A stretch of 64,000 nt of DNA from Candidatus Angelobacter sp. (GTDB lineage: Bacteria; Acidobacteriota; Terriglobia; Terriglobales; Acidobacteriaceae). The stretch covers positions 2,048 through 66,047 of the forward strand of contig DASXJO010000978.1 of NCBI GenBank assembly GCA_036497385.1. The letters run 5' to 3'. Positions within the stretch are counted from its first letter, which is position 1. Every line of letters begins with the position of its first letter. Below are positions 60,788 to 64,000 of this stretch, one piece after another. The notes beneath the pieces are model-generated. The model saw nothing but the letters and a program-made list of their open reading frames with translations, was not told the DNA's origin and made no database searches. The translations under genes were made by a program, and so were the position numbers.

Positions 60788-61660
60788 TTATTCGTCAGTT
60801 CTCATTGCTACAAAGCTTTGATCTCCTGTTGAGCTTGTGAACCATCCAGCCAAATCACCGCGATCATTGTTGCGGATCACTGGCGTCGAAATTGCGTTCG
60901 GGGGGTTTACGAAGCCGAAGCGGCCATGCAGGAACAAGAAAACGTGATCGTTCGATGATGGATCGGCGAAAACACCGGCAATAGAACCTCGCTCATTAAT
61001 GCTTTCAGCGACAGAGAGCGTTGACTCAGCCGATACGTCAATGGTCGTAAATATGTGGCCTGATAACAGAAAGGCGTGTGTATGTCCGGCTGTGTCGTCG
61101 TAGTTGCCCACGATGTCTCCCCTGGCATTTATGTCCCCGGCAACAGTGGCTACGGCGTTAGGGACATCAATCGTGGTGAAGTTATCGTCAGAGCGCAGAA
61201 AACCATGGAACACTTGAGAAGCGTCCACATATAGTCCCACAATATCTCCACGGTTGTTCATTCCTTGCACGAACGTGCTGGTTGTGCCCGGAAAATCGAA
61301 GACTGCTAAATGCCCTTTGATTAGCGTAAAAGAATGCGTCCCGATTGAATCGCCGAAAAATCCGCCGACTTCGCCACGGTCATCCACCGCGATGCATCGA
61401 GTGAACTGCGCCCCAGGCACATCCACCGCAGAAAACACTCCGTGCAAAAAAGTAAATCCGTGCAGAGTAACCCCGGTGCCTTCGGAGGGCAGGCGGAAAC
61501 TGCCTACCAAGTCCCCGCGATTGTTGATTCCTGTTACATGCGTCACAAGCGCACCCGGATACGATATGGTGGCAAAGGTATACCCGGCTGCTGTTTGCGC
61601 AGGAGCACCAAGGGTGCTGACGACGAGCAAGAACACGGTCGTAATGAAAGCTTTCCTCAT
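60788..61660 (-). CDS. Secreted repeat protein (six ~45-aa units, HAF-like extracellular repeat / beta-propeller-like), 290 aa
   Basis: The signal peptide MRKAFITTVFLLVVSTLGAPAQT is followed by repeated units: INNRGDLVGSF, VDDRGEVGGFF, MNNRGDIVGLY, INARGDIVGNY, INERGSIAGVF and NNDRGDLAGWF. Each unit is followed by H(G/A)F...G.F..(I/V)D(V/F)P. Confidence 0.65.
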   Translation of the reverse strand: MRKAFITTVFLLVVSTLGAPAQTAAGYTFATISYPGALVTHVTGINNRGDLVGSFRLPSEGTGVTLHGFTFLHGVFSAVDVPGAQFTRCIAVDDRGEVGGFFGDSIGTHSFTLIKGHLAVFDFPGTTSTFVQGMNNRGDIVGLYVDASQVFHGFLRSDDNFTTIDVPNAVATVAGDINARGDIVGNYDDTAGHTHAFLLSGHIFTTIDVSAESTLSVAESINERGSIAGVFADPSSNDHVFLFLHGRFGFVNPPNAISTPVIRNNDRGDLAGWFTSSTGDQSFVAMRTDE

Positions 61661-61861
61661 TGATGTTCTCCTTTATTAAGTTGTAAAGGGGGTAAGCGGA
61701 AGCATACTACTCTGCCAACCATCTAGCAAATGATTGGGGACCGATTACCATATTAGAGACCGCTAATGTGCTCGTCGAAAAAGCGCTTGCCCATTCAAGC
61801 CTCCTGAAATATACTTCCTCCTCACCCCTTAGGCCAAAACCTTTGTCCTCGGAGAACGCTG

Positions 61862-62160
61862 ATGAGGAAACCTCTTAGGCTGTTACTCGCTCTCGCCCTG
61901 GCCGTGCCGGTCTGGCCGCAAGCGCAACCGAAACCCTCACCGTCGCCCACTCCACAAGCGTCCTCGCAGGCCACGACCCCCGGCCCCTGCGCTGCGGACT
62001 ATTACCGCAATAGCGACGGCGTTTGTGTCGTCCGGTTAAGACGCATGGATCGGCTGTTCCGCTGGGCGCAACGGCACAATGCCGGGATGGGAGCTATTCG
62101 TTTAGTCAGCACAGGCGCGGGACGTGCTCACATCATGGAGGGGTAGCGAAATGGTTGTGA
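61862..62160 (+). pseudogene. DUF3761-like secreted protein with a frameshift near 62029
   Basis: Frame 1 reads MRKPLRLLLALALAVPVWPQAQPKPSPSPTP...ADYYRNSDGVCVV. The conserved C-terminus continues in the +2 frame: RPVKTHGSAVPLGATAQCRDGSYSFSQHRRGTCSHHGGVAKWL, with the stop at 62158-62160. Confidence 0.6.
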
Positions 62161-62223
62161 AGATCATCTAAGAGTTGCACCGTACCCAAAAAGCAGCCTT
62201 GAGCCGCGCAAAGGTGATCGATA

Positions 62224-62823
62224 ATGGCCGAAATGAAACCAGACGCGAACGCACTCTACGCTGGAGCCTGCCAAGAGACTGCTGCCCGTATTCAGATGCG
62301 CGAAACGGTTCTGGTGGCTTTCATTACTATAAGTAGCGCGATAATCGGCGTATCGCTCAAGGAGGACTTCAGATCGGCAAGCGCGATTGAAGGATACATT
62401 GCCCTCGCCGCAGCCCTTTTAGTGCGACACCACGACCTTATTATCGGTCTCTTGGGGAAATACCAGTACGATCTGTGTCAGTTCGGCAAGAAGTCAAAAG
62501 AGAAGGACTCTGCTGTGCCGCCTTTGTGGTTTTCTGAAGACTATTATCCTTGCGTGTTCAAGGTGCGTGAAATGCGGGACAAGGCCCAGCACTCATTCAT
62601 ATTGATCGCCGCCATCGCAGCACTTCTCTTGGCGTTTCCTCCGGCCCTGCAACAACACGACATGAAGGTGCTAGGCTGCCATTTCAGTTCCAGATATGTC
62701 CAGTGGGTTGCGTGGATTGGTAGCGGATTTTCCTCACTCTGTGCGTTTGTCGTAACCCGCAACTCCCTCCACAGGCGCAAGGAGATTGCTCACGAAATGC
62801 TTCAGAGGATGAGCCATGGGTAA
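62224..62823 (+). CDS. Hypothetical integral membrane protein (199 aa)
   Basis: Four hydrophobic segments (VLVAFITISSAIIGV; YIALAAALLV; FILIAAIAALLLAF; VAWIGSGFSSLCAFVV). No family recognised. Confidence 0.4.
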   Translation: MAEMKPDANALYAGACQETAARIQMRETVLVAFITISSAIIGVSLKEDFRSASAIEGYIALAAALLVRHHDLIIGLLGKYQYDLCQFGKKSKEKDSAVPPLWFSEDYYPCVFKVREMRDKAQHSFILIAAIAALLLAFPPALQQHDMKVLGCHFSSRYVQWVAWIGSGFSSLCAFVVTRNSLHRRKEIAHEMLQRMSHG

Positions 62824-62842
62824 AAGGGATCGCAGGCTGCCT

Positions 62843-63115
62843 CTATTCCTTGGATGGCTGCACAATCACCGGAACGGGAGCGGGCGGGACCTGCTCCAGG
62901 CACTCGCCCTCACACTCTTCATCGCCACAATCAGGACACAATCCCAGTTTGATACGTAGTCCGCGTTCTTCCAGCTCTTCCTGTTCGTCAAGGTAATCGG
63001 CGACAATTTCATCAGCCGCATCTGATACGTCCTCCTTGCAGAATGCAGCCAGTTCTGCAAGGCGGCGATACGTCTCCGGCCTGAATCTGATCGTGAAAGC
63101 GTTTTTAGTTGGCAT
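62843..63115 (-). CDS. Small acidic protein, possible ribbon-helix-helix antitoxin-like (90 aa)
   Basis: The N-terminus MPTKNAFTIRFRPETYRRLAELAA has a beta-strand/helix pattern like RHH DNA-binding proteins. It also has an acidic middle and a CPDCG...CEGEC cluster. Confidence 0.3.
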   Translation of the reverse strand: MPTKNAFTIRFRPETYRRLAELAAFCKEDVSDAADEIVADYLDEQEELEERGLRIKLGLCPDCGDEECEGECLEQVPPAPVPVIVQPSKE

Positions 63116-63120
63116 GAGTC

Positions 63121-63327
63121 CTAAGCACGACTGGCAGGTAACATCACCAGTGCTCCTTTACGCTGTAAGCTGGCAAAAAATTCCCGTACGTGGGCCTCAG
63201 CAGCGGCTTCGATTGCTTGCTTCTCCAACGCCTCCAAGGTCGCGTCCCCAAATGTGTCCATGAAGAATTCGATTGCTTCATCTACCACGGCCTCAGGTGT
63301 GTTGCCTGTGAACCTGGCATAATTCAT
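63121..63327 (-). CDS. Small acidic hypothetical protein (68 aa)
   Basis: Clean ORF 5 nt upstream of the previous gene on the same strand. No family recognised. Confidence 0.3.
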   Translation of the reverse strand: MNYARFTGNTPEAVVDEAIEFFMDTFGDATLEALEKQAIEAAAEAHVREFFASLQRKGALVMLPASRA

Positions 63328-63405
63328 CAGTCTGCGTACGTCACGAGATCTAACGAAATGCTCTCAACTTCGGTTTCCATAATGTGTCCCTTTGGCTCGT
63401 AAAAT

Positions 63406-63606
63406 TTACTGCTTGGGCAGATCGCTCCAGACTGTGCGATCCACCCCCAGTGCAGCTTCGGCGGCTCTTAGCAACTCAGACGGGCTAAGCTGCGAGTGCT
63501 CGTCCAGCCAAACGCGACGTTTGGCGGCGTCCCACCCGTGCGCTTTTAGCAGGTCTCCCGTCCGTGCTCTTGCCGATTCCCGTGTTCTTTTCTTCCTTGG
63601 TGTCAT
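63406..63606 (-). CDS. Small basic hypothetical protein (66 aa)
   Basis: MTPRKKRTRESARARTGDLLKAHGWDAAKRRVWLDEHSQLSPSELLRAAEAALG. It overlaps the 3' tail of the upstream ORF in another frame. Confidence 0.3.
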   Translation of the reverse strand: MTPRKKRTRESARARTGDLLKAHGWDAAKRRVWLDEHSQLSPSELLRAAEAALGVDRTVWSDLPKQ

Positions 63607-64000
63607 GGCCCTCTTGCCACAGTATGACGGTCAAGTGTGAGCGATCACTGACGACATACTGCTGTTTGTCTTGATACAGCACCCATTGAGCGGCGGCATT
63701 CAAAGATAACCGGATGCCTCTTGCATCAATCATTCCCTTGAGCTTTTCGAGCATCCAGACCTGTTCCAGTGCTAACGCCATATCGAATTCGCCAGAGGAA
63801 TCCTTGTGGGGTTCGCAGAAAGTCTGGCCGGACCAGCGTTCTCCGGTTGAGCTGTGAATCGTGAAATTACCAGTGTAGGGGCCTTCTGAACGAAGGACAA
63901 CCGTATATCCGTCCTCTCTGGCGGCCTGAGTTGTATTGGAAAGTGTTTGGGACTGCGGGCGACGCTCATCGCTGAGCGCCGCCTCCTGCTGAATGTTCAT
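63485..64000 (-). CDS. Hypothetical protein (171 aa as drawn; start codon is at the last bases of the window)
   Basis: The ORF runs from ATG at 64000-63998. The last ~40 codons (Arg/Ala-rich) overlap 63406-63606, so the true 3' end is uncertain. No family recognised. Confidence 0.35.
   Translation of the reverse strand: MNIQQEAALSDERRPQSQTLSNTTQAAREDGYTVVLRSEGPYTGNFTIHSSTGERWSGQTFCEPHKDSSGEFDMALALEQVWMLEKLKGMIDARGIRLSLNAAAQWVLYQDKQQYVVSDRSHLTVILWQEGHDTKEEKNTGIGKSTDGRPAKSARVGRRQTSRLAGRALAA

Noticed and set aside
1-64000. A search by eye for rRNA, tRNA, CRISPR repeats, tandem repeats, transposases, integrases and phage structural genes.
   Set aside because: None was recognised. I cannot run tRNAscan, Infernal or repeat finders, so small RNAs in the intergenic regions (for example 48227-48894 and 59438-59789) could have been missed.

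Overview
The 64 kb window has two very different halves.

(1) Positions 1 to 48.2 kb are a higher-GC biosynthetic locus. A roughly 41 kb co-directional operon (7365-48226, + strand) encodes four NRPS megasynthases of 3006, 2171, 3284 and 3247 aa, giving 10 modules. My domain reading is C*-A-T-C-A(N-MT)-T-E | C-A-T-C-A-T | dock-C-A-T-C-A-T-C(E/C-like)-A-T | C-A-T-C-A-T-C-A-T. The NRPS genes are followed by a five-gene amino-acid-tailoring cassette: a PduX-like GHMP kinase, a fold-type-II PLP enzyme, an ATP-grasp ligase, an argininosuccinate-lyase-family lyase and a heme-oxygenase-like protein. Upstream, on mixed strands, are:
- a NodU/CmcH carbamoyltransferase, cut by the window edge and absent from the ORF track
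- a degraded PadR regulator coupled to an ADOP-type duplicated FtsX permease, a pairing typical of Acidobacteriota
- an MbtH-like protein
- a SAM methyltransferase
- a small unknown protein

No TE, R or terminal-C release domain occurs anywhere in the window.

(2) Positions 48.7 to 64 kb are a visibly lower-GC accessory stretch rich in gene fragments. Its most interesting content is an orphan Cap2/Cap3-like E2-E1 fusion plus JAB protease with no CD-NTase. It is preceded by an unannotated, translationally coupled 38-codon ORF for a hyper-charged peptide ending in Gly. Nearby are:
- a class-III-cyclase-fold gene broken by one in-frame TAG
- a 38-aa hydrophobic peptide gene next to a 28-bp inverted repeat
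- a mosaic of ATP-dependent DNA ligase fragments
- several frameshifted genes, secreted repeat proteins and small unknown ORFs

I saw no rRNA, tRNA, CRISPR array, transposase or integrase. All calls come from reading the translations by eye. Domain borders are approximate (about +/-30 nt). Substrate predictions are hand-extracted Stachelhaus-type codes and should be treated as hypotheses.
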